Virus record (IMG/VR): IMGVR_UViG_3300016474_000552
Coordinates: 1 to 38,977 of that record
Reading direction: 5' to 3' (one strand)
DNA length: 38,977 nucleotides
DNA from: a virus
Taxonomy: Duplodnaviria; Caudoviricetes
Each line of letters begins with the position of its first letter. The stretch's first letter is position 1. This document shows, piece by piece, positions 27,543 through 35,574 of this stretch. A program made the position numbers and the translations under genes. Under the pieces are notes generated by a model. The model made no database searches. It had not been told where the DNA came from and saw nothing but the letters and a program-made list of their open reading frames with translations.

Positions 27543-27572
27543 GCCCATAGCGTAGCGTGTTAGGGTCGCGCC
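27543..27572. promoter_or_regulatory. Back-to-back bidirectional leaderless promoters
   Basis: Plus: TGtTAGGGT(27561-66), 6 nt, ATG27573; minus: TACGCT(27554-49), 6 nt, ATG27542. Confidence 0.65.
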
Positions 27573-28208
27573 ATGAAGACTTGGCAGTGGCTTGCTCTCG
27601 GTGGCGCGGCGGCGTTCTTCCTCTTGCGAAGGGGTGGGGGCGCCGGCTCCCGAAGCATCACGAGCGGCAAAGACTTCTTCCAGCTCGCCCAGGGCGACCC
27701 GCGCTGGGCGTCCATGCTCGTGGGTTTCTCGACGAAGCCTGAGAGCTCAATGGCGAATGTGGGCTGCTTCTTCACGTCGCTCGTCGCCACGCGAAACATG
27801 CTCTTGGGCGGGTCGATGCTGCCTCCCGAAGCGATGCAGCTCGCGAAGCGTGCGGAAGCCTTCCAGAACGACCTGCTCATCCTGTCCAAGGCGGCTCAAG
27901 CCCTCGGCGTCTCAGCGCCTGAGAGCGAGCGCATCCGAGCAAACGAAGAACCCGTCGAGAAGCTCCGTGCGAAGGCCGATGACATCCTGCGTCGAAACGG
28001 CATCGTGATCTTCAACGTGGGTTACAACTCGACGGCTCCCCGTCACTTCCTCATCTGCAACCGGCGCAGCGCCAACGGCTATGAGTGCATGGACGTCGCG
28101 GGGACGAAGCCCCACTTCATGACGCTCGACCCCACGTCTCTCCAAGGCCAGCGCACCGCGTCGAAGCGATACATCGCCGTCGGCGTCGCCGGCGTCTTCA
28201 GGAAGTAG
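27573..28208 (+). CDS. C39-like (papain-fold) cysteine peptidase with N-terminal membrane anchor
   Basis: Q.DPRW...GCFFTSL (catalytic Cys), HFLI (His), MD; N-terminal TM WQWLALGGAAAFFLL. Confidence 0.75.
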   Translation: MKTWQWLALGGAAAFFLLRRGGGAGSRSITSGKDFFQLAQGDPRWASMLVGFSTKPESSMANVGCFFTSLVATRNMLLGGSMLPPEAMQLAKRAEAFQNDLLILSKAAQALGVSAPESERIRANEEPVEKLRAKADDILRRNGIVIFNVGYNSTAPRHFLICNRRSANGYECMDVAGTKPHFMTLDPTSLQGQRTASKRYIAVGVAGVFRK

Positions 28209-28214
28209 GTCGTC

Positions 28215-29012
28215 GTGCAAAAGTGGACCCCGAGCATCCGAGGTCAGCTCAACGACCTCCCTGGCTTCCCCGCCAGGCCGAACACGACGCCGCCGGCTGA
28301 TGACCGCTGGGAGCTCGGTGAGTGGATCGACGAGTGCCACGTCAGGCCCGAGGTCGCCGACGCCGCCGCCCTGCCCCTCACAGGCAACGAGGACGGCGAC
28401 GTTCGCATGAGCCGCGCCGACGAGGCGTGGTTCATCTGGGACGCGACGCTTTCGATCTGGAAGCCCGTGGGCGTCGCTGGCGGCGGTGTGACGAGCGTGA
28501 CGGGCATCGCTCCGATCAACGTCACGGCGGGCGCGAACCCCGTCGTCAGCCACAACGCAAGCGGCGTCGTCGCGGGCACCTACGGCGACGCCGCCAACAG
28601 CGCCCGCGTGACGGTCGATGCGCGAGGGCACGTCACGGCGGCGACGCAGGTTCCGATCTCGATCACGGCTCCGATCGGGACGTTCGTCCTCGGCACCGGC
28701 CCGATCCAGACGATCTCCGCGAACACCGACCAGATCACGCCCGTCGCGCCGCTGCATCGCATCCAGACGAACGGCAGCAACAAGGCGCTGACGTCGACAC
28801 CCCAGATCAACCTCCCCGGCGCGGTGCTCGGGCAGGTGCAGCTCGTCCAGAACGTCGACCCGTCGTTCCATGTCGACGTCGCACGCGGCGTCGCGCAGGG
28901 CTTGTCGTTGTCGAACGCCAACAAGCGGCTCGACCCCGGCGGCACGTTCATGTTCGTGTTCAACGGCACGCTCTGGGTCGAGGTCGTCCACACGCAAGGC
29001 ACGACGACATGA
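28215..29012 (+). CDS. Virion structural protein, paralogue of the 18399 ORF N-terminus
   Basis: MQK.T..I..QLN.L.GFP...W.LG.W..E..VRP...LP...NE.GDVR; AGTYG....VTVDARGHVT fibre repeat. Confidence 0.7.
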   Translation: MQKWTPSIRGQLNDLPGFPARPNTTPPADDRWELGEWIDECHVRPEVADAAALPLTGNEDGDVRMSRADEAWFIWDATLSIWKPVGVAGGGVTSVTGIAPINVTAGANPVVSHNASGVVAGTYGDAANSARVTVDARGHVTAATQVPISITAPIGTFVLGTGPIQTISANTDQITPVAPLHRIQTNGSNKALTSTPQINLPGAVLGQVQLVQNVDPSFHVDVARGVAQGLSLSNANKRLDPGGTFMFVFNGTLWVEVVHTQGTTT

Positions 29013-29191
29013 ACCTCGCACTCGCCGCAGCCCTCGTCTCCACCGTGATCGAGTACCCGCTCGCAAAGCGGTATCCAACGTCACCGCCCACGAACCTCGC
29101 CGTGCGAATGGCCGTCGCCGGCGGCATGACCCTCGTCGCCGTCCTCGTCGCACAAAAGATCCTCGCGTCCACGCCGAAAGGAACCCCATGA
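29009..29191 (+). CDS. Small two-TM membrane protein (holin or virion membrane candidate)
   Basis: ATGA overlap; two hydrophobic segments; upstream of the endolysin. Confidence 0.6.
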   Translation: MNLALAAALVSTVIEYPLAKRYPTSPPTNLAVRMAVAGGMTLVAVLVAQKILASTPKGTP

Positions 29192-29370
29192 AGCCCTCCG
29201 TCACTGAGCTTGCCGCCGTCACCGCCGTCGGCCTCGCCCTCGCCTACGCCGCGAAGAAGACCTCGATCGCCGAGAAGGCCCCTCTGCTCGCGCCGGCGCT
29301 CCTCTACACGCTGGGCTTCTACATCGCGACAAAGCGCCCCGAGGGCGGCTACGGGCAGCTCTCCAAGTGA
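29188..29370 (+). CDS. Small two-TM membrane protein (holin or virion membrane candidate)
   Basis: AAGGA RBS; two hydrophobic segments; coupled to the endolysin. Confidence 0.6.
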   Translation: MKPSVTELAAVTAVGLALAYAAKKTSIAEKAPLLAPALLYTLGFYIATKRPEGGYGQLSK

Positions 29371-29831
29371 GGCTCTCCAAGAACTTCACCCTCGTCGAAA
29401 TGACCCGCAGCGAGGCCGCGACTCGCGGTGGCTTCGACAACACGCCGCCGCCCGACGCCGTCGAGAACCTGCGGGCGCTCTGCGAGAAGGTCTTGCAGCC
29501 CCTCCGCGATGCGATGGGTCGACCGATGCGCGTCAACAGTGCGTACCGAGGCCCCGACGCGAACCGCGCTGTCGGCGGGAGTCGGACGAGCCAGCACATG
29601 ACCGGCGAAGCCGCCGACATCGAGTTTGACGGCTTCGATAACACCCAGCTCGCGCAGAAGATCGTGGACATGAAGCTGCCTTTCGACCAGTTGATCTTGG
29701 AAGGACACAAGTTCGGTGACCCCAATAGCGGTTGGGTTCACGTCAGTCACAAGCGAGGCGGGCCGCAGAGGGGTCAGGTTTTGACTGCGACCTTCGTGCA
29801 AGGCAAAGTTACCTATACACAAGGCATATAA
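29367..29831 (+). CDS. Peptidase M15A (Peptidase_M15_3) endolysin
   Basis: LSKNFTL.EM..S, SAYR...N.AVGG...SQH..GEAADI, WVHVS zinc ligands. Confidence 0.92.
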   Translation: MRLSKNFTLVEMTRSEAATRGGFDNTPPPDAVENLRALCEKVLQPLRDAMGRPMRVNSAYRGPDANRAVGGSRTSQHMTGEAADIEFDGFDNTQLAQKIVDMKLPFDQLILEGHKFGDPNSGWVHVSHKRGGPQRGQVLTATFVQGKVTYTQGI

Positions 29832-30538
29832 TGCGATCTTCTGGTATTTACGCCATAGAGTGTGTTCACACCGGAGAACGCTACGTCGGCAGCGCCGTCA
29901 ATGTTGCTAGACGATGGGAACGCCATCGTTGCGAGTTGAAGAAACGCAGGCACCATTCATGGAAACTTCAACGGGCATGGAACAAGCACGGAGAAGAAGC
30001 GTTTCGTTTTATCATTCTAGAAGCCGTAAATGAAAAAACTTCTCTACTACCCGCAGAGCAGCGACACCTAGACGAGAGCATCCGAGCAGGCAAGTCGCTG
30101 AACGTGTTGCCGACCGCAGGATCTCCGCTCGGCGCGAGGCAGACGCCCGAGTCCTGCGCCAAGAGAGCGCAAACCCTAAGGGGGCATTACGTCTCAGAAG
30201 AAACGAAGCTGAAAATAAGTACGAAAGCGAAGGGTAGAAAAGTCTCAGAAGAAACAAGAAAGCGCATGAGCGAAGCCAAGAAAAACGCAAAAAGATCTGA
30301 AAAAGCGATAAAAACACAGATGGTTCCGATCAAAAGATTGTGTCCTGAGAGCGGAGAAGTGGTTGAGTACCAATCCATAAAGTCAGTAAAAGCCCACGGT
30401 TTCACACCCTCTTGCGTGAGCGGGGTTTTAGCGGGGAGGCTTGCACATCATCGTGGGTTTTTATGGCAATATGCGACCGAAAAAAGAGGGTGGTCGTACC
30501 GACACACTCGTAAGACTGAAAAGGGTATTTCTGAATGA
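29831..30538 (+). CDS. Free-standing GIY-YIG homing endonuclease with NUMOD3 repeats
   Basis: GIYAI...YVGSA...R...H; SEETKLKIS and SEETRKRMSEA; markedly AT-richer than flanks. Confidence 0.92.
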   Translation: MRSSGIYAIECVHTGERYVGSAVNVARRWERHRCELKKRRHHSWKLQRAWNKHGEEAFRFIILEAVNEKTSLLPAEQRHLDESIRAGKSLNVLPTAGSPLGARQTPESCAKRAQTLRGHYVSEETKLKISTKAKGRKVSEETRKRMSEAKKNAKRSEKAIKTQMVPIKRLCPESGEVVEYQSIKSVKAHGFTPSCVSGVLAGRLAHHRGFLWQYATEKRGWSYRHTRKTEKGISE

Positions 30539-30732
30539 GCTACCACCAGCTTCCCGACAAGACCCCTCCCGGTTCCGACGTGGTCCGCGCCACCGTAGGC
30601 TTGCCTGGCTTCAACGTGGTCATCCCGGTGGCGTCGAAAGAGCGCCTCTACCTCGCCATCGGCCTGAGCGTGCTTGCCGGCGTGGCCGGCGGCACCCTCA
30701 TCGCCCAGCTCCTCAAGCGGGCGTCGCGATGA
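30535..30732 (+). CDS. Small protein with C-terminal TM anchor
   Basis: LYLAIGLSVLAGVAGGTLIAQLLKR. Confidence 0.65.
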   Translation: MSYHQLPDKTPPGSDVVRATVGLPGFNVVIPVASKERLYLAIGLSVLAGVAGGTLIAQLLKRASR

Positions 30733-30953
30733 GCGCGATGAGTTCCGTCGACCTGAACGCCGTGCTCGACACGATCCGCGACGCCATCTATCGGTGCAGG
30801 CCGCTGTCGGAGAAGGAGCGCGACGCCTTTATCGCCTACAGCAAGCTGCTGGAAAGACACCTCGACGCCATCGAGGACACCCAAGGCGCATCCACGGCGC
30901 ATGTGCAGGCGCTACGCCTGCTGTTGGACGCCATCCCCGGCATCATGGTCTAG
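30729..30953 (+). CDS. Small helical hypothetical protein
   Basis: ATGA overlap; coding-like codon usage. Confidence 0.6.
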   Translation: MSAMSSVDLNAVLDTIRDAIYRCRPLSEKERDAFIAYSKLLERHLDAIEDTQGASTAHVQALRLLLDAIPGIMV

Positions 30954-30970
30954 CCTTCACAGAACGAGTG

Positions 30971-30986
30971 GGTGTATGCTCGGGCC
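30971..30986 (+). promoter_or_regulatory. Putative leaderless -10 promoter of ardA
   Basis: TATGCT(30975-80), 6 nt, ATG30987. Confidence 0.55.
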
Positions 30987-31697
30987 ATGACCTCCTCCAA
31001 AGCCGCCGCCCGCACCGCCATCCGAAAGCTCGTGAAGGACACCCCCCGCATCTACGTCGCCAACCTGGCGGCGTACAACGCCGGTCGCCTGAAGGGGAAG
31101 TGGATCGAGCCGTCGACTGACGCCGACGAGCTGGCCGAACAGGTCGCCGAAGCCATCGGCGGGAACGTCGACCGCGATGAGTGGGCCTTTCACGACTACG
31201 ACGCCTTCCCGAACATGGGCGAGACGCCCCCGCTCGAGGACGTCGCGGCGATGGCCGAGCTGCTCGAGGAGCACCCCTACGCCATCGTCCGCGCCGCCCA
31301 GAGCTTCGTCGACCGCGACGACGTCGACGCCCTGCGTGACTTCCTCGACGAGGGCTACGGCGTGTACGAGTCGCAGCGGGACTACGTCGAATCGTTCATC
31401 GACGACGCTGGCGGCGTGGTGAACGCGGTGCCGAAGAACATGCTCAACTTCTACTTCGACTACGACGCCTTCGGCCACGACCTCTCCATCGACGCCGATG
31501 AAGAGGACCGTGAGCGGTACGAGGGCATGAGCGACCGCGAGATCGGCGAGTCGGTCATCGACGACGTCTACGGCGACAAGATCCCGAAGGATCTGGCCGA
31601 GCGGTACTTCGACTACGACGCCTACGCCCGCAACGTCTTCATGGAGGTCGCCTCCGTCCGCACGCCCGAGGGCCTCGTCGTTTTCCACGCTCGGTGA
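30987..31697 (+). CDS. ardA: Antirestriction protein ArdA (type I R-M DNA mimic)
   Basis: PRIYVANLAAYNAGRL.GKWI, EWAFHDYD, YFDYDAFGHDL; highly acidic. Confidence 0.92.
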   Translation: MTSSKAAARTAIRKLVKDTPRIYVANLAAYNAGRLKGKWIEPSTDADELAEQVAEAIGGNVDRDEWAFHDYDAFPNMGETPPLEDVAAMAELLEEHPYAIVRAAQSFVDRDDVDALRDFLDEGYGVYESQRDYVESFIDDAGGVVNAVPKNMLNFYFDYDAFGHDLSIDADEEDRERYEGMSDREIGESVIDDVYGDKIPKDLAERYFDYDAYARNVFMEVASVRTPEGLVVFHAR

Positions 31698-31720
31698 CGC
31701 TGTCGACGTAGACGGGGCGT

Positions 31721-31737
31721 GGTGCTAGGGTCGCGGC
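31721..31737 (+). promoter_or_regulatory. Repeated leaderless extended -10 promoter
   Basis: ggTGcTAGGGTcgcg, then ATG31738; exact 15-bp copy at 33854-33868. Confidence 0.7.
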
Positions 31738-33849
31738 ATGACCGGCACGACGGGCCCCGTCTTCATCGTTCCCTGCGGCAACGCGAAGCTCCCGCACGCT
31801 GCCCCAGCACGCGATCTCTACACGGGGGCGCAGTTCCGCTACGTCTTCCCGCTCGCCGATGCCGCAGCGAGGCGCACGGGCGGCGAGGTCTTCATCCTCT
31901 CGGCGCTGCACGGGCTCGTCGAGCCCGACCGCGTGCTTGAGCCCTACAACAAGAAGATGGGCGACCCCGGTAGCGTCCCTGTGTGGCGGCTCGCCGAGCA
32001 GGTACGCGAGCTGGGCCTCGCAGGGCGTGAGGTCTACGCCTTCCTCGCACGCCCCTACTACGAACGCCTTGAGTCCGCGCTCGCCGTCGAGGGCGGGCAC
32101 GCCGTCGACGTCTTCGACGTACCGACAAAGACCGCACGGGGCGGGCGCATCCAGCTCGGCGAGCAGAAGACCGTCGCACGGGAGTTCCTCGAGGGTTTCG
32201 CCGCCCGTCCCGCCACCCGCGCCGCCGTGCCAGTGCGCCCCCGATGGCTCGAAGACGAGTACGCCTACCTCGACGAGCGGTTCGCACAGGCGATGGCGGG
32301 GTCGAAGCGGGACGAGCAGGTGCCTCTCCTCGCGCTCGTAACCGAGGGCGACGCGGGCGCGACGAACGTGGTCGCGAAGACCTCCGACGGGCGCCGCTGG
32401 CAGGCGTCGTTCGACACGCAGGGGGAAGCCCAGGCGGCGGCTGAGTCCCTCGACCTCGGCGCTCTGACTCGTCGTGCCCCCGAAGACCCGGTGCCTGAAG
32501 AGATCGAAGCCCTCGGAGACGAAGGCGTCGAGGCCGACATGGCGCAAGGCGACAGCGTGGGCGGTCTGCGGTGTGTCTACTTCGCGTCGGGCAGCAACCA
32601 CCAAGGCGAGATCGAGGGGCTCTCGTCGATCGGCTTCAACGTCGGCGTGGCAGCATCCGAGGTGAAGTCGGCGGAAACCATCAAGGCGCTCACCGACCTC
32701 GCCGGGACAGGCGTCCGCGTGTTCGTTGACAGCGGAGCTTTCGGCGAGGTCGACTTCAACTTCCCCAACACCACGGGGCGCCCGAAGAAGAACCGGCGAT
32801 CGAAGCGCCAGATCGAGCTGGGCATGGTCGCTACCACCCCGCCTGGCGGTCTTCCTTACCCGATGCGACCCATCGGCCCGCTGATCCTCGAGGAGATCAC
32901 ACCGGCTCAGTGGCGCATCCGTCTGGAAACCTACCGTGTCCTCGCTGAGGCACTCGGCGAGCAGGTCTATCTCGTCGCCCCGGACTGCGTCGGGCATCAA
33001 GACGAGACGCTCCGTCGCCTGCGAACCTACGCCTCCGAGGTCCGCGAGCTTCGCAAGCTCGGCGCAAACATCATCGTCGCGATGCAAAAGGCTGTCACCC
33101 TTGACGCCCAGCACCTCGACCCCGACGCTCCTGACATCCCGCTGGGTCGGCTCTCTCGTGAAGCCCTCGACGCCCGCATCGAAAGCATCCTCGGCTTCGA
33201 CGACTTCGTGCGCGGTATGCCCATGCGGAACCGCACGACCACCCCTGACGAGGTCGTCGCGTTCCTGAAAGCACGCCCTCACGTCAAGCGCATCCACCTG
33301 CTCGGCTTCGGCCCTGCGTCACGGGGCTACATCGGCACCCTGAAGAAGCTCGGTGAGGTTCGCCCTGACCTCGACCTCACTTGTGACAGCGTGCTGCTCG
33401 TCGCCCACAAGGGCACGACGAACGGCCCAGGCGGCGGGCCCCGACGCCTCACGAAGGCCGAGGATGAATACTGGTACGACGAGCTGGGGCCCGAGTCCTT
33501 TGCCGACGATACGGGCATCGGGGACTACACCGAAGCGATCTCCGAGGTCGCCTCATGGCTCTACCGCAGCGCCCGCGAGCAGCTCGCTGACCGCTGGCTG
33601 CTCGACAACGTGCAGCGCCGCGCTTGGTTGAAAGACCCCGAGAGCTGGTTGCAGCGGCACTACCGAGACGACCCCGAGCGCCCCAAGCACTACGAGCTGC
33701 CCCAGATCGCAGCCGACCTCGACCGAGCATGGGCCGACCACAACTTCCGCGAGAAGGTCGCCCAGCGCAAGCGGACGGGCATCCAGCGGGCCTTCGGACC
33801 CGGCTCTGGTTTTGCCTTCGGCGGGGGCGAGGACGTCGACGAAGGCTAG
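31738..33849 (+). CDS. Multidomain protein: DUF6884-like N-terminus plus TGT/DpdA-like (tRNA-guanine transglycosylase fold) domain
   Basis: IVPCG.AK....PARDLYTG...ILSALHGLV...EPYN; VFVDSGAF, VAPDCVG, IHLLG, CDS. Confidence 0.65.
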   Translation: MTGTTGPVFIVPCGNAKLPHAAPARDLYTGAQFRYVFPLADAAARRTGGEVFILSALHGLVEPDRVLEPYNKKMGDPGSVPVWRLAEQVRELGLAGREVYAFLARPYYERLESALAVEGGHAVDVFDVPTKTARGGRIQLGEQKTVAREFLEGFAARPATRAAVPVRPRWLEDEYAYLDERFAQAMAGSKRDEQVPLLALVTEGDAGATNVVAKTSDGRRWQASFDTQGEAQAAAESLDLGALTRRAPEDPVPEEIEALGDEGVEADMAQGDSVGGLRCVYFASGSNHQGEIEGLSSIGFNVGVAASEVKSAETIKALTDLAGTGVRVFVDSGAFGEVDFNFPNTTGRPKKNRRSKRQIELGMVATTPPGGLPYPMRPIGPLILEEITPAQWRIRLETYRVLAEALGEQVYLVAPDCVGHQDETLRRLRTYASEVRELRKLGANIIVAMQKAVTLDAQHLDPDAPDIPLGRLSREALDARIESILGFDDFVRGMPMRNRTTTPDEVVAFLKARPHVKRIHLLGFGPASRGYIGTLKKLGEVRPDLDLTCDSVLLVAHKGTTNGPGGGPRRLTKAEDEYWYDELGPESFADDTGIGDYTEAISEVASWLYRSAREQLADRWLLDNVQRRAWLKDPESWLQRHYRDDPERPKHYELPQIAADLDRAWADHNFREKVAQRKRTGIQRAFGPGSGFAFGGGEDVDEG

Positions 33850-33853
33850 GCGC

Positions 33854-33871
33854 GGTGCTAGGGTCGCGAGC
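33854..33871 (+). promoter_or_regulatory. Repeated leaderless extended -10 promoter
   Basis: ggTGcTAGGGTcgcgagc, then ATG33872. Confidence 0.7.
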
Positions 33872-34678
33872 ATGAACACGCTCGTCCAGATCACCTACGG
33901 CGTCCGCAAGCACCCTGACCACGACGGCTGGCTCCCCGTCGTCACCGAGCACGTTGAGGGCAGCAAGCCGCACGTCAGCGCCCCGTGGGGCCGGCCCCTC
34001 GACGAGGACCACGCCCTCTTTCTGGCGAAGGACACCGCCGAGAACTGGGCGTCGCGGTACAGCGGCGACTTCACGGTGGTCGTGTCCGAGGCAGCCCCCG
34101 AGGCAGCCCCCGAGCGCGGGCCCCGTCGAAACCCCCTCACGCTCGTCGAAGAGCTGGACGCCCTCGCGGCGAGGTTCGCCGACCTCGACGAGGACGAGCT
34201 CATCGAGACGAACATTCACAGCGCCTTGAGTCCAATCCTACAACGCCACCTGGGTTACTCGCTCGGCCCGTCGGCTGACTGGGTGAACCCGACGTGGGAA
34301 CTCGGCGGCGACCTCTATCTCTTTGAGAACGATGCCGATGGCGAGTACGTCGTCCTGCGACGTGACGCTGATTCCGACGAGATCGAAATGGTCAAGGAGA
34401 TACGCGACCTTGACGCCCTGCGCCGGTACTTCCGCATGCGCCGAAACCCCCGCCGCAAGGCACCCCCGCCGTCGCCGCCCCCGCCGTCGCACACCTTCGC
34501 GCTCGAAGCCTCGGCGGTGCAGCAGGGCCTCTTCGCGCCGTCGTCCTACGAGGCGAAGCCGAAGAAGCGTACCGTCGAACCCATGTTCGTCGACGAGCGT
34601 CAGGTCGACTTGTTCGCGCCGCCGCCCCCTCCGGCGAAGAAGAACCCGCGTCACGCGCCCCCTCGGCGGCGCCGATGA
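33872..34678 (+). CDS. Modular protein with three RRNP/KKNP motifs and two QxxLF motifs
   Basis: GPRRNPL, MRRNPRR, AKKNPRH; QQGLF and QVDLF. Confidence 0.7.
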   Translation: MNTLVQITYGVRKHPDHDGWLPVVTEHVEGSKPHVSAPWGRPLDEDHALFLAKDTAENWASRYSGDFTVVVSEAAPEAAPERGPRRNPLTLVEELDALAARFADLDEDELIETNIHSALSPILQRHLGYSLGPSADWVNPTWELGGDLYLFENDADGEYVVLRRDADSDEIEMVKEIRDLDALRRYFRMRRNPRRKAPPPSPPPPSHTFALEASAVQQGLFAPSSYEAKPKKRTVEPMFVDERQVDLFAPPPPPAKKNPRHAPPRRRR

Positions 34679-35574
34679 AACGCCTCCGCGAAAACAAGGC
34701 CAGTCAGAGCTTCATCCGTCGCACGCCCTCCCGCGACGGCTCGAAGCGTCGCTTCCGGTACACCTACGACCCCGACCTCGCCACGCGAGTGAACGTGAAG
34801 GCGAAGGTCAAGGAAAAACTCCGCATCCCGCACGCCGGCTCCCCCGGCCACTACGAGGTGGTCGCTCGCCTCGCTCCCAACGTCGTCGGCGTCATCCACG
34901 ACGAAACCAAGCACGCGATGGCGATCTCCGACCTCGCCTTGCGCGAGCTCGCCCGAGACGTCTACCGCCCCGCCAAAGACGCCACTCCCTCCGAAGACGT
35001 CCGCTACCGCCACGAGCGTGAGGACGCCCTCCCCCGCTCCCGCGACGACGCCTATCAAGCCATCATCGAAGCGTCGGGCATCAAAGACCACGACTTCGCC
35101 CGCGCCGACGCCGCCTATCGCAAGTGGAAGGCGGGCAAGGGCAAGCGCCGGGTCAAGCCCCCGCCCCTCACGGGTGGCCAGCTCGACGCCTTCGAGGGCG
35201 ACCGCAGAGGACGCCACTTCACGTCCCTCTTGGAAGCCTTCGAGCACGCGACGCGAGGGGCCCGCACTTGGCGCGACCTCGAGCCGGCGCTCGCCCTCCT
35301 GCGTGACGTCCCCGGCTTCCGAAAAGCACGCTTCCCCGACGAGGTCTACGAGCGGCACAACCGCCACGAGGCCGAGCTGGAAGAGCAGGGCTACACGATC
35401 GACGTCGACCTCTACGGTGTCACCATGACGCCCGACATGGACGTGAACGAGGCCGTGTTCCTCGCCTCGACGATGGACCCGCCGCGCCTCTGGGAGCCCC
35501 TCTCCGAGGAAGACGTGGCGCGGGCCGCTCGTGAGGAAGAGGGCATGTACGAGGAAGAAGACGCATGGACGTGA
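34675..35574 (+). CDS. Hypothetical protein
   Basis: ATGA overlap; basic N-terminus FIRRTP...RFRYTY; acidic tail. Confidence 0.7.
   Translation: MKRLRENKASQSFIRRTPSRDGSKRRFRYTYDPDLATRVNVKAKVKEKLRIPHAGSPGHYEVVARLAPNVVGVIHDETKHAMAISDLALRELARDVYRPAKDATPSEDVRYRHEREDALPRSRDDAYQAIIEASGIKDHDFARADAAYRKWKAGKGKRRVKPPPLTGGQLDAFEGDRRGRHFTSLLEAFEHATRGARTWRDLEPALALLRDVPGFRKARFPDEVYERHNRHEAELEEQGYTIDVDLYGVTMTPDMDVNEAVFLASTMDPPRLWEPLSEEDVARAAREEEGMYEEEDAWT

Noticed and set aside
29831-30538. GIY-YIG gene as part of a group I intron
   Set aside because: Flanking genes are complete and overlap it directly, leaving no room for intron core structure
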